Translations under genes and position numbers: made by a program | Assembly (NCBI GenBank): GCA_011109175.1 | Contig: RDEW01000011.1 | Coordinates: 807,061-871,060 of the forward strand | Direction: 5' to 3' | Length of the DNA stretch: 64,000 nt | From: Dicyema japonicum | Lineage: Eukaryota; Animalia; Dicyemida | The notes under the pieces: model-generated | What the model saw: the letters and a program-made list of their open reading frames with translations, nothing else | Database searches by the model: none | Told to the model about the DNA's origin: nothing | Shown: one piece after another, positions 51,672 to 63,331 of the stretch | Layout of the letters: every line of letters begins with the position of its first letter | Numbering within the stretch: position 1 is the stretch's first letter

Positions 51672-53269
51672 CAATGATTTAATATGCTTTGCTTAATAAA
51701 ATTTTTTGTTACTATTTGAATTAGTCTTAAGATAACTTTTGATTTGGCCATAATCAAAACTTTGATATGTAAGTCACTAATTCGTTTTATGTTTTTATTA
51801 TTTTCTTAAAAATTATAATTTTTCTATTTTTGAGTACATTTCAAATGCAACAGAATAATTCAGAGATCGTAAGTTTCGTTTTTTATAGAATTAGTTATGG
51901 TGGTTTTATTAGTTACATTTTTGTGAAATTCTGTTTACACTATGTTTTGATTTCCTTAATAATATTCTCTATTAGTTATCTGGTTGGATTTGAAATAAAC
52001 CTTTGATCATTTGCTTTACTTTTGTTACAAGGACAGATACTTTTGAAACCTATAAGCCGACTAATCCTATTCCTATTTTTTATATTCAAGTGTGTCGTCT
52101 CGTTTCTTTCCGATCCAATCTAGGATGTTTCATACTACCACATGTCAGTTACACAAAAATACATTGGTGACTTTCATCAGTATTTTGATTCCATGACAAA
52201 CTCCTTATAGATTTATTCAATATGTCTGATTTGATGTAAGTTATTTCACTTATAAGTTTGTAGTTGGGACAACTTCGGAATGTTCCAGGACAATAATCAT
52301 CATTTGTGAATTGTAATAGAGATAATTCTCTTAAGAGAAGGTAATACTCGTGACACATCTAACCTCAATTTGTTTGATGCCATAATGTGACGTAATTCTA
52401 ATTCTGTGTTATCTCATTTTCCATCTTTATGAGTTTGAACAGAGTTAAACTGCAAAAATATAAAATTAGAAATCAAAGTTGATGAGTCGAATTAAAACCC
52501 TCGGATCACCGAGAAAGAAGTTAATAATTAATTGTACTCAGTTCCTACTGCCACAGACGCGATGATCTTCCAAAATATCACAATCCCAATTTGCACCAGC
52601 GAAAGGAAAGATTCTATCTTTACTTTGTACTCATGGGAACCCTTGTTGAATAGAGAATACCAAATGCTCCTTTTTCTGGCAACCCTTGCATGAGCATCTG
52701 AGACATGTTTATCACATTATGCTATTCTACTGAAACAAGGGAAGATAAGGAACAGAAATCTTTGACCAGAATTTAACCCACAAAATATTGTTAATAACAG
52801 AGGGTCTAGAATTAGAGACAATATTTTTAATACTTTAATACTTTTTCAGTAAAAAATATTCTTTGAACTGACGTCAAATTCCTCAGAAAACTAAAAATTG
52901 TTTTATATGGTTTTTATATTGTTGGAATTGGATATATTTGATTACTTGTTATCTATTGACTTTTCTCTAGATGTATGGGGCTAATATGTTGCGTCCCACC
53001 CGGCTTACTCATCCATCAATGCTGGATACATTTCACAGACACGTGACCTGTCATTCAATATTAATTGGTTTCTAATCAAAAATCAAAGAATTCATTTTTT
53101 AAAGTCTATATTTTCTTGATTCGACTCATGTTACTTGTTATCTATTGACCTTTCTCTAAGCAACTTTATCTTGAAGCAACTTGGTCTCACGTTAGTCGTG
53201 GTCTTTTTAGTGTATCCAAGCGTCCCAGCTTTTTTTAAGAAACGAAGCGATTATTCCTCCGGTTATTCT

Positions 53270-54100
53270 CAACTAGTATGGGGCGGAACGTAAAATGATC
53301 ATGCAGAGCTTTTTTTTCTCATTTACTTTCATTGCTTTTTCAGTTGCATACAGTGTGCCTACCGCGGTCCCGACAATGCTGGATTGACAAAGGAACGTAT
53401 AAATCGTCCTCAAATGATTTCTTAGATTGGTTATTTTTGAGAATAATTTAGAGCCCAAATTAAGTATTTGTTATATTTTATTTATATTTAAACGCTGAAA
53501 TACAAAATAATTTTTAAAAATATAAAAATAATAAAATTGTACTATTTTTGTCTTAAATTGTCCTAATTGTACTATTTTGTTCTTAAATAATAAATAGTGT
53601 TTCGCACTTTCCAAGGCGAGCAATATCAGTTATCGCTCAACACACTATTATTTCCGTCCTAGGCATAGCTAACTAATCCAATGATAGAAACCAAAGGGAG
53701 AACATCTGATTGTACCGACCAAATCCATCTTCCAATACTTCATTACATGCTTCAGCTTCAGAAGAGAGGTGGAGAAGTAGGTCCGCTTTCTTTCATTTTT
53801 GTCCCACGTCCTACCGTCGGCGGACATCACTTCATTCTTTAGCGGAAATAGTTTTCCATAAAGCAAATTTTCATCAGAGAATTTGGTCAGTGAGAAAGGT
53901 AGGAAGATCCCTTTTAACTACTGTGTCGGTGCCAGAAGGACTCGTCGCCTCACGGGTGGGATCTGTTTGAAAAGAATTGACCTTCGCTAAAAACTCCATC
54001 TTTCGGATTCTACCCACTACCTTAGATCCCATGTTATCAGACGTTACATTCAACCAAAAGCTACTTTTCATATTGTCAACAATTTTACTTTTCCCCGATT
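53270..54100 (-). mobile_element. piggyBac-like transposase remnants
   Basis: YFSTSLL...MDLVGTIR and SIVGTAVGTL resemble the piggyBac DNxFTS...LVGTxR region. Confidence 0.4.
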
Positions 54101-54639
54101 TCAAACAATAAATATAGGATGGATACTCAAATAAGCACTCAGTAAAGCTAAACTTATTATTTTCCTAGGATAAAGTCAAGTACTTATCAACACAAATAAA
54201 AACGATAAAAATAATTCAAAATAAATTAAATTTCCCTCCTAAATATAAAGTCTTGTGGACAAAATATAATCAATAATACAATATGTCGGTTCAGTGGGAA
54301 TATCCTCAAAAATTTGTTCATTAAAAGGCTAAAGAAACAGTCCCTCGGCCTAAATTACGCCTTTCCATGAATTCAAATACCTATCATAATATCTCGACCT
54401 CTCCCCATTCGTTTACCGCAGATAGTAAAGGCAACTCAGGGTATTACAAGGACATCCAAGCCATCAAGTATAAAAGCTCATTCAAACCGGAGTCTTCAGC
54501 CTTGACTTTGTTCTCGACTTGTTCATGATGAAAAAATTTCATTGAACTTTTTCTTAGTGAAAACAAAGTCACTCCAATCTGAGTATCCCCATGGGCCAAT
54601 TTCTGGCAATAAGGAATGAAGCAGCTCTTGTTTCTCACG

Positions 54640-54950
54640 TAGAATTAAAGCAACCTTCAAGGTCTACAAAAAAGACTGGTCGAATTTCAAGCTCTTCACT
54701 GACCATAACCTAATACACGGTTTGATCCCATCTCTTTTTGCTCCATCGACAAAGCAGTGGACCATCTAAACAATGTAATCCTTCAAGCTGAAAAGTTGTT
54801 TGTACACGTGCAGTTTACAAATCCTACAAGCCTACTCTGGACTCTGAGACTTGTCTCCTCGTCAAACAAAGAAACTCCCTGAGGATGAATCATCCTGAAA
54901 ACCTGATTTGGAAAATATAAAATGCTTAAATCAGAAAATTACAAAACTCA
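54640..54950 (+). mobile_element. I/Jockey-like LINE linker fragment
   Basis: KKDWSNFKLFTD...LNNVILQAEK. Confidence 0.45.
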
Positions 54951-55536
54951 TCAGTCGTTAACGAAATTACGGACTCGACTTTTTTTCCGTTTATAAATTA
55001 AGATTTTTATTCATGATCGTACCATTTTTAAGTAAGCGAGTTTAGAATATCAAATTATTTAAATAGTTAATTTTGGGTAATGTTTATGCTTTAGCTTGTA
55101 ATTGCATTAAAATTTCCGCCACAACTAAAACTACACGTGGTAAAAATAAATTTTAAAAATAAAACAGATTTTTTACTTTTAAAAGTTTTTAAATATTTAA
55201 AATGTTATAAACATAGGATTTTTATTTAACGTGAAATCAATGGATTATTTAATGTTAATATTCCATGCAGTTGCCTTTAGGACTTTTACTGTTTTTTTTT
55301 CGTCCTGCCGATCCAGACATATTTTTAAAAGCCTTTTTTGTCTATCAATCGTTTTTTTATTTGTTCTTGTTGAAATTCTTTTTCCGAAGGAATCCTGGTC
55401 AATAAATAGTTTTCGTCATTTTTCTTTTTGGAATGACGATATAATACTCCATATCGATGGATGACGATATCCCGTCAAATTGTACAATTTATTGTTCCAC
55501 CCTTCACAATAATCATTCGTTCTTTTTTAGTAATGA

Positions 55537-55852
55537 GCCGGGTGGCATAGTGGTTAGGTGTCGGGCTAAAGTGACTTAGGCTACGGGTTCGAATCTCGCT
55601 GCTGTTCACCTGGTGGAAGGTTCCACGCATCTACGATGTAGAAAGGGTTTGACGAGGCCCCTGTTTCATGTACTATCAAGATATCTACAAACATGCAAAA
55701 AGTTCGAGCCAATGCCATTTTCGGATGAGAAGAAGCTGTACATAATTCTCGACCCTTTGGGCTCGTCCTTCTACCTTGTCGGTCTGGGATCAGTTAGTTA
55801 GTTGAGACTTTTATTTCTTTCTCTTTGACCAGTGATTCTAGGGTAATAATAA
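55537..55852 (+). mobile_element. tRNA-derived SINE with LINE-type 3' tail
   Basis: A box TGGCATAGTGG (55543-55553) and B box GGTTCGAATC (55586-55595) without a cloverleaf; head and body shared with 63334-63450; tail shared with LINE ends at 29770-29835 and 30225-30303. Confidence 0.8.
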
Positions 55853-56019
55853 CGTGATAATCTCCTCGCTGCGAAAAATTAGATGTTTTTTCTACATAAC
55901 GACCGAAAGATCTAATTTAATGATTTTTTGGCTGCTTCAAGGGGACGTTCAGCCCTTTTCCATATGTTCCTTACTCTCTCCGGAAACGTCTAAACCTTAC
56001 TCGGTCTCATCGGAATACA

Positions 56020-56120
56020 TAACAATCCTGCAACTAAACATTTACAGGATTTCTCGAAAAAGAGACGAGCTGATGGAATTTTTATCCTCTCACGACGGGA
56101 TATTGCATTAATACAGTAAA
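56020..56120 (+). mobile_element. LINE APE N-terminus
   Basis: ITILQLNIYRISRKRDELMEFLSSH...IALIQ. Confidence 0.55.
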
Positions 56121-56159
56121 CCCAATTGTCATCATCACGTCTTACTCATTGATTCAAGG

Positions 56160-56810
56160 GATACTTATTCGATTGTAGGAAAAAAAAGTCAAGTCCGTAA
56201 GCGGGAAAAAAGTCAAGTTGTCTTTTTGTAGTTTATATCGCTTTTTTGTGATACTACTAGCATCTTTTAATTTTAAATAATTTTTTTCAATAACTTGACT
56301 TTTTTCCGCTTGACTTTTTTTTCCATTTTTTGAAATTTTTTCCCTTAAAAGGAAAAAAATCAAGTCCGTAAATTTCGTTAACGGATGTATTTGTCTCAAA
56401 TACTGCAAGAACAGCTCGAAATACCGAATCTTCAGTCTGTCATAATAGTTCCTTCTTTGGGAAATTCAAAATTATGATTTGTTCTTAGGCTTCTTCTGCA
56501 TCCTTGTGAAGATTTTTTCACACATTTAAAAATTATAAAGTTTTTTGTCACCGAGTGTTTTGTATACATATAACCCTTAAAACAAATTTTTTTCCTTCAA
56601 GTCCGCTAACGAATTCACGGACTTGACTTTTTTTCCGTTTTGCGCTAAATTTCGAAAATTATAAAGGAAAAAATTTCAAAAATGGAAAAAAAGTCAAGCG
56701 GGAAAAATAGTCAAGTATTGAAAAAATATTAAAAATTAAAAGATGCTAGTAGTATCACAAAAATGCGATATAAACTACAAAAAGACGACTTTACTTTTTT
56801 TCGCACTCTG
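56160..56810. mobile_element. Foldback/MITE-like element: ~190-bp inverted arms built from AAAAAAGTCAAG subrepeats
   Basis: Arm 56200-56387 is the reverse complement of about 56600-56805, with a loop of about 200 bp; a partial third arm lies at 54955-54995. Confidence 0.8.
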
Positions 56811-56949
56811 AAATATTACGCATCCATAAGTCACAAGGACTTTTCGAAATCCCATTCTTGTCACCTTCGGAATTTAATGGCTAAACCAACTTCGTGGATC
56901 AATTTATTTACGCATGCGAGGTCACACTGGCTATAAGATCGATAACGAG

Positions 56950-58060
56950 TTCTTACACGTGTGGCCTGACGGCATTCCGGGAATTTTTCTAACACCTTGG
57001 TAATGTTGCAATCAATTCGATTACATCAATTTCTAATTTGTCTTCTAACAAGAGCGTCATCCCATGCAAATGAAAGAACTCACTTATAATACTCCTCCTA
57101 AAACTAGAAAACCGAAGACCTTACCTTCTTCCTTCCGTCCAATTTCATTAACGTGCGCATTATCGCGCCTAATGGAGAACCTCGTACTCTGGAAAATTAA
57201 ACCCCATTTGCCCGATTGCCACTTTCAACATGGTTTCAAATGTGAGCGTTCAATTACGACACTGTCTCAATTTATATCAGAAGGCTTTAACGAACCGAAA
57301 CGCCATCTACGGACAATATTGGTCTCCCTGGACATCCAGAAGCGTTCGATTCTGTCCCGAGAACATTACGCACGAAAAAGGTTTTTGACACTACCATTCA
57401 GCCGGCTTTGAAAAGATGGATAGCCAATTTTTTACGGAAAAGAGGACGTGTATGTAAGCCACGCAAGATCGAGGTCCCGTCTTCCTACCAAATGGCGTCC
57501 TCAAGGATCGCCTCTCTCCGGCGTTTTCAATTTCTGACGACTTAATTATTGCTAGCAGAGTAAATACGTGGATATGGCAAAATCAGAGCTTCAGTCACAT
57601 ATTGATGTCCTGGGAGCCTGGTTGAATTTGAAATCGTCTCCATATCCAGAAATCAACGTATACTATCTTCACACAGACAAAAAAATATACACTGGATTTA
57701 AGCATATACGGAGACTCTTTACCTTTACAGATTCATCCAACTATTCTGGAGTGACTTTCGACCTTTTGATGACATTTTTCAACATTTGAAGAACGTTATG
57801 ACAAAAGGTCTCAGGAAACTGAATATAATGAAATCGTTCTTAAAGTCCAGCCGTCGGTCTGTGTGGTCATGAGACAAGTAGTTTCTTCCATTCAAGACTA
57901 GAGGCCACAAAACACGAAATATGGAAAAAACCCTACCCCTTTTCAAATTCTAATGAAAGGTGGTCGTCGGTACAGGAAATCCGTGGTACTCTGGAAAACA
58001 TAGAAAACCTCTCGATCCTGTTGAGGCGTACCGGGAGCACTTAATTAGTTGGTTTAGTCC
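56950..58060 (+). mobile_element. I/Jockey-like LINE RT to 3' end
   Basis: GPDGIP-like start, SFRPISLTCALSRLME, FQHGF, LVSLDIQK, WIANFL; ends CCGGGAGCACTTAATTAG. Confidence 0.8.
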
Positions 58061-58084
58061 TTCTTTCTTGGTCTGAACTAGCCT

Positions 58085-58330
58085 CAGCTAAAGGAACTAT
58101 CGCAGAAGCTTTTGTGAAAGCGAACATTCCCCTTCACAAGTGGAACAATGATTCCATCAAAAAAATGTTTAAACATTCCTTTGAGTTTGCATGCAGAAGT
58201 ACAGCAAAGACGTGGTGAAATTGATGATGTATGATTATTTTTACTTTCAACAAAACCTATTTGGTGGAATGTAAACCACTGGAATCTCACGCTACTGCTG
58301 CTAGACAGACGAGGTAATGAAAGAAATCAA
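58085..58330 (+). mobile_element. CGGBP/hAT-like transposase fragment
   Basis: EAFVKANIPLHKWNNDSIKKMF resembles CGGBP1 MCLEANIPLEKADHPAVRAFL. Confidence 0.6.
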
Positions 58331-59553
58331 TTTATACCTTTAATTTCTGATGCCTTACTTGATAAAGTGCGCATATCAGGAGATATTGTTAAGCTGCCAC
58401 GGTTAAAACCGAACACGTCTTAAGTTGTTTAAGGATGTTGGATGTCCACCGGATGTAACTGGAATCTGATGGAATTTAAGTTGGGAATGCTAAACATTCC
58501 GTAAAAATACCGTTAAAATTGATTATTGAAGTAACACAATTATTCCAAAATAATGGATCTTCAAATATGGAATGCTGCGATTACTACATTAATCCCACAT
58601 ATTAAGAATTGTATGGATAAATGAATGGACCACGTGGATTAATTATTTGGATTGAGCTGACTGAGCGAAAAATTATCAATGAGGGTCACCTTGTCGCAAT
58701 GACGAAATTTGGTATGAAACCACCATGAAAACTTAATTTTTCATAAATTATTAATTTTTATAATATTGGCCTTGTACTACTTTTTCTCATTTAGAATGGC
58801 GCCAGTTAATAAGGTTTCCAGGTATCTGAGAAGGATTTTGCAGACAGCTGTTTGGAAGGTTGACTGTTTTAGGAATTTTCGGCCATTGACTACAATGCGC
58901 TTGCGTAAATCAATATTGGATGATAAATTGTGGAAGGCCTTAAAAACCATTCTCCCTGCTGTATTATTCGATTTCATATGGATGGGCTGAGGATACAAAG
59001 TGCAGATTCCCAGTGATCATGCTGTACCCAAAGATAAAAGTAACGCAAGTATCCTTTGAAGTATGCTCCGAGGTCACGTAACTCGTATGAAGTAGGTAAT
59101 ATAAACACAAAATACATTTACCAGTGAAATAAAACTTTATCGACAGAAATATGTAACCGCAAAAAAATTCCTAAATTGAGAAAATATAATCGACAAAAAA
59201 GAAATCAATATTTTTTATGAAACAATTTATTACGTAACAAATCAATCAAAATAATTCAGCTATAGAATGGAATGGCTGTTTCCCAAAACAACTGCCAGAG
59301 AAACCTTTGGAACAGCAATTCGGTCCCCCGACGCTATTGCTCACTTTCGATGTCATTAACCTTAGCGATCATAGAACAGAGACCCGAAGACTCCGTTCGT
59401 CTCGACGACAGCGGACTGTATATGGAATTTGGTGGAGAGGCTGTCGTATTTTTTATCTTGAAATTCCGAGCAGCCTTCCAATCAATAAATTCTTAAAACA
59501 AAAAAAATAAGTCAAAATCAATTAGAAAAGAAATTAGAGTCCATTAACTCGAA

Positions 59554-59760
59554 TTAAGCGCTGAACTGTGTCCTGACCGTCTCGAACTGTTCAGTTGATG
59601 CCTCATATCCTCCATCGACTTCAACAGCTCCAGCGGCCACAAAAGCAGCAGCTACCTCCTCAGTAGAAGCGGTGTCCGAGCTGAAACATGCACACTCAGG
59701 GGCAGTATCAGCAGAAGCTACAGTGTAGACATTACCATTAGCACAAACGTAGACAACCAT
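59554..59760 (-). CDS. Orphan 68-aa Ala-rich acidic protein
   Basis: Clean ATG to TAA; strong GCT/ACT/TCT/GTC codon preference; TATAAATA 31 nt upstream; not TE-like. Confidence 0.6.
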   Translation of the reverse strand: MVVYVCANGNVYTVASADTAPECACFSSDTASTEEVAAAFVAAGAVEVDGGYEASTEQFETVRTQFSA

Positions 59761-59783
59761 TTCACATATTTTTAAGCGCGCAG

Positions 59784-59832
59784 TATTTATAGTAAAATTC
59801 TACGGCAATTTTACAATTGGAAATTTCCAATT
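59784..59832 (-). promoter_or_regulatory. TATA box (59784-59791) and perfect 18-bp palindrome AATTGGAAATTTCCAATT (59815-59832)
   Basis: Read directly from the sequence; the core GGAAATTTCC fits Rel/NF-kB and NFAT5 consensus sites. Confidence 0.5.
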
Positions 59833-61289
59833 TTTTTGGTTTTTTCCAATAATAGAAAAAGCTTGAATAATTCAATAAAAAGTCCAAAATTGAGTTTGTC
59901 TCAACATTGTGTTGAACAGCTGATGCAAGCTAACCACAAACTATGCTAAAATGACTGTGTAGTAAAGGGCATTAATCAATCCAGTAATCCTCACTATAAT
60001 CGATATTTTGTTATTAAGCCATCAAAGGGGTCATTTAAAAACGTCAACCTACCTGCTAACTTGCCATGTTCTTTAGTGTCGGCGGAGATTCGAATCCAGA
60101 GAAGAGTGTATTCCATAAACTTCCAATGTCCCCTAGTCTCTTTTTCTGCGTTCACAGTGAGGAAAGGAGAACATAATTTATCAAAAATATAAGAAAATAT
60201 TTTAATATCAAAAATTGTGGTTAGAAATTAAATATTGTCTTGGTTTATGACTTTGTTCATATTTAAGTGTTTTAACACGTTGATCAAAATTCTAATTATT
60301 CAAAAAATGGCTTTTGATATATAAATTATTCAGTAAGAGAGTCGTCACGTGATCCATCTGTCTCAGGTAGCTCCCAGTGCGAGGCTGGCATGGAAAAGGA
60401 TCATTTTCTCTTTCCCACTCCACTGGGGGGTCTCCACAACTGCAAGGAATGAACGTTTTTACCTTTCATGCTAGTTCCGGGTGGACTCGTGTGACGTTTT
60501 AGGACTCTTTCTGTAACAGTGGAGACTGGATACACTTAACTGGCTGTTTACTGTCAACCTTCTCGTGTATTCAGGGTTAAGTTTCAAGGACTTTGATCAA
60601 TAATGAAACAATTGTGCTAATATCAATTCAAAATATAAACCATAAAATTAAGCTGATAATCTCACAAGTATCCAATTCAATAAGCATAACTTTATAATTT
60701 TCAAATGGCTTCAATAATCTCATTCTAATCGACTTTTTGGAAAATTTATCTTTTTATGATTAGATAATAAATTAATGAACAGTTCAGTGAACTAAAAAAC
60801 ACAAACTTTAAAGTCTAACAATCTGCTCCACATAAACCAGAGTACTTTCATTGTTGCATTAACATGATGGGTCTTCAAAACTACAACAGGCTAGCCTGCC
60901 GATTTCTGCATCATTTGGCCCTTTGTTCTCTAAAATAAGTGTTGGAAGAACTCTTTAATTCTTTACTACAAGTCACAGCCCTATAAATACCGGACAAGTT
61001 GAAAGTGCAGTAACTCCACTAAAGGGATGGACAAGATCGTTTAAGCACACCCCAGACTCTCTGTGAATATCTGTGGTGTCTACCTGCAGTATTGGATGGT
61101 CACATGCTTTGGAGATTGAAGGAGGACCGAATGATAAGTAATGTGCACCAGTGGGGTTTTCCCCAAAAACGCTCTCGTGGAGACAGTCGTACGTGTCAAT
61201 TGTGAAGGCTTTGAATACTAAAGGATCTTTAAAGCCTAGGGTATCTGAGAAACTGTTGAAGACGTACATGGAGCAGATCGATGAATGGT

Positions 61290-61660
61290 ACCAGTGGAAA
61301 CAATTTTTTCGCCTGAAATATCTCACCATCCTATTTGACGATGGGGTAATTTATGAAACATGCGAGTCCTCTATTCTGCGTAAAAAAGTAAATCTCGAGT
61401 TGGAGACCTTTGTTCATGTTTTTGACTCCGTGATTCTTCCTGGAGTGTTACACGGTTTAAAGGGATGTACGACATAAAGAAGGGCTCAATCTCAAGAAAT
61501 TTGGGAAAAAAGGAATTTTTATTTAAAGCTTGCTTACAGAACAAATCCTCAGATTCTCTATGGTTGGAAGAAAAATGTAGAAGGTTGGTGGAACTATCGA
61601 AAATCTATTCGAGTTTCAAAAACTGGAGTGAACAATTCTTGGGAAACTTTCTGGGTCAAA
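61290..61660 (+). mobile_element. RTE fragments (RT thumb and linker)
   Basis: LKYLTILFDDG...FDSVILPGVLHG and WLEEKCRRLVEL. Confidence 0.5.
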
Positions 61661-63331
61661 GTGGTTAGCACCCTATTGATTCGCTTTCCCCTAATACAAT
61701 GTTTAATCAAGCGTTTCATGTTTCGATCCACATAATTTTGGTGGCAAAGCTAAGTGAAGATCAAGTCAAAAATGTCAAATGATAATCATGACTTGCTCTC
61801 GAAAGCCAAGGGACCTGACTACTGAGCACATCGTCCTAGAATCAATAGCTGTCACATTCAAAATATCAGTCATCCCGAATGCCATTCCATAAGTTCGCAC
61901 GCAAACCAAAAAACCCATCAACAAACAACCGTCCAACTACCAGCAGTCACTTGGACTTACAAGAGCTAGATACTCTACCCCCATGGTTTGGTGAAAACAA
62001 CCTAAAGCTTCGCCAACCAAGTCATTTGTACTACATTTACTACATGTGAACAGACACAATATCAAAACGAGAAACCTCCTTAATAATGTGATTACCCCAA
62101 TCAATACCACGTGATAAGAGTCAGTTTTCGAACAATGACTTTTTTGCTTAACATTTGGAAATTGGGTGAAAATCTTAAAACTCGCTAAATGTCTTATTGC
62201 TACCGCCAATTTGTCGGGCCAATATTGACCTGCTCGAGTCAATGGCTTGAACGACAGCAAAAGTTCGTGAGGACAGCCAATCTACCAACCATCTATGGCA
62301 CCATTATCGAATACACCAAAATACAAACAGATTTCAAGTCTATTGTGTGATCAGCTCAAGATCTTGTCCTAGGACCTAGGTGGTTTGACCTTCCCATTGC
62401 TGGTCATGGATCACTTTGTAAGTTGGGACATTATTTCTCGTTAACTCTGGAAATAAACAAATTATAATTTTTTAAATTTTTTGTAGGAAAGAAGTGATTA
62501 ATGGCGGTTAATTTGGTTTAAAAAACTATCATAAAAACTACTGCGAAGATACATCCATGCATAGTACAGTTATCGGATGTAGACAAAGATAACAAGTCTA
62601 GCCTGGTGGTTACAGTAACTTTTCAGGACAGTGGAGGCGAGGCTTTGATTGAATCGAAAAAAATAAGGTTACTTGCAAAGTCCTGGTGTTTTCAGTGTTG
62701 AATTCAGTCACAAAGACTTGGATGACTGGATATTTATGGATTGGTGATTAATTTTGATATTTAGCTCAAGAATGAAAAAAAAACGAGTTTTACTATTAAT
62801 CGACCACTTCCTTGCCATTCTGTCCCCACAAACTTGGAATTTATAAAAATAGTGTTTCTTTGCTAAAAATAGTACGGTTTGCTTCAACAAAAGGATATTG
62901 GCAATAAAAAATCTTTGCATCAAAGAAAAACAGTTGGAATTAATTTTTTTAATAATACAGTAAACTCTCCCAAATTTGCCATTTTGGTTCCAATATTTTC
63001 GCGGCAAATTTGGGAATTGCTTCTTTTTGATATCTCTAGTTTTTGCATGTAAAACGAAACCTCTTCGTTCTCACGTTCTCAAAGAATTTTTTCAATTTCG
63101 CTTAAATTGGATGCTATTTCATTCTTGTTTAGGGGTTTCATTTCAGTTTCTTCTTCACCCATTGCATTTTTTCAGAAGAATTTTTAGACATAAATTCTTC
63201 GAGTTTAATCGGATCGTGAATATCCGTATTATTATTTCTTATGTTCACATTTACTGTGGTGTACTAATACCCGACTTTTTTTAGAATTTTAAAACAATTT
63301 TTGATTGTTTTAGTTATACATCTTCCCAGGC

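Noticed and set aside
55537-55610. Possible tRNA gene (also 63334-63405)
   Set aside because: A and B boxes are present, but the acceptor and anticodon stems do not pair and homology continues far beyond tRNA length, so this is a SINE head.
58766-58998. Overlapping ORFs on both strands
   Set aside because: No recognisable motif and no convincing spliced model.
60075-60105. B-box-like GATTCGAATCC
   Set aside because: It mismatches the consensus and has no A box or tRNA fold.
60345-60400. HDV-like ribozyme candidate (CCAGCCTCGCACTGG on the minus strand)
   Set aside because: I could not build the P1/P2/P4 pairings, and the segment ends in the GGATCAC motif typical of LINE 3' ends rather than 5' ends.
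61937-62260. Cys-containing ORF resembling a piggyBac C-terminal domain (also 29032-29200)
   Set aside because: The Cys spacing is incomplete; too weak to call.
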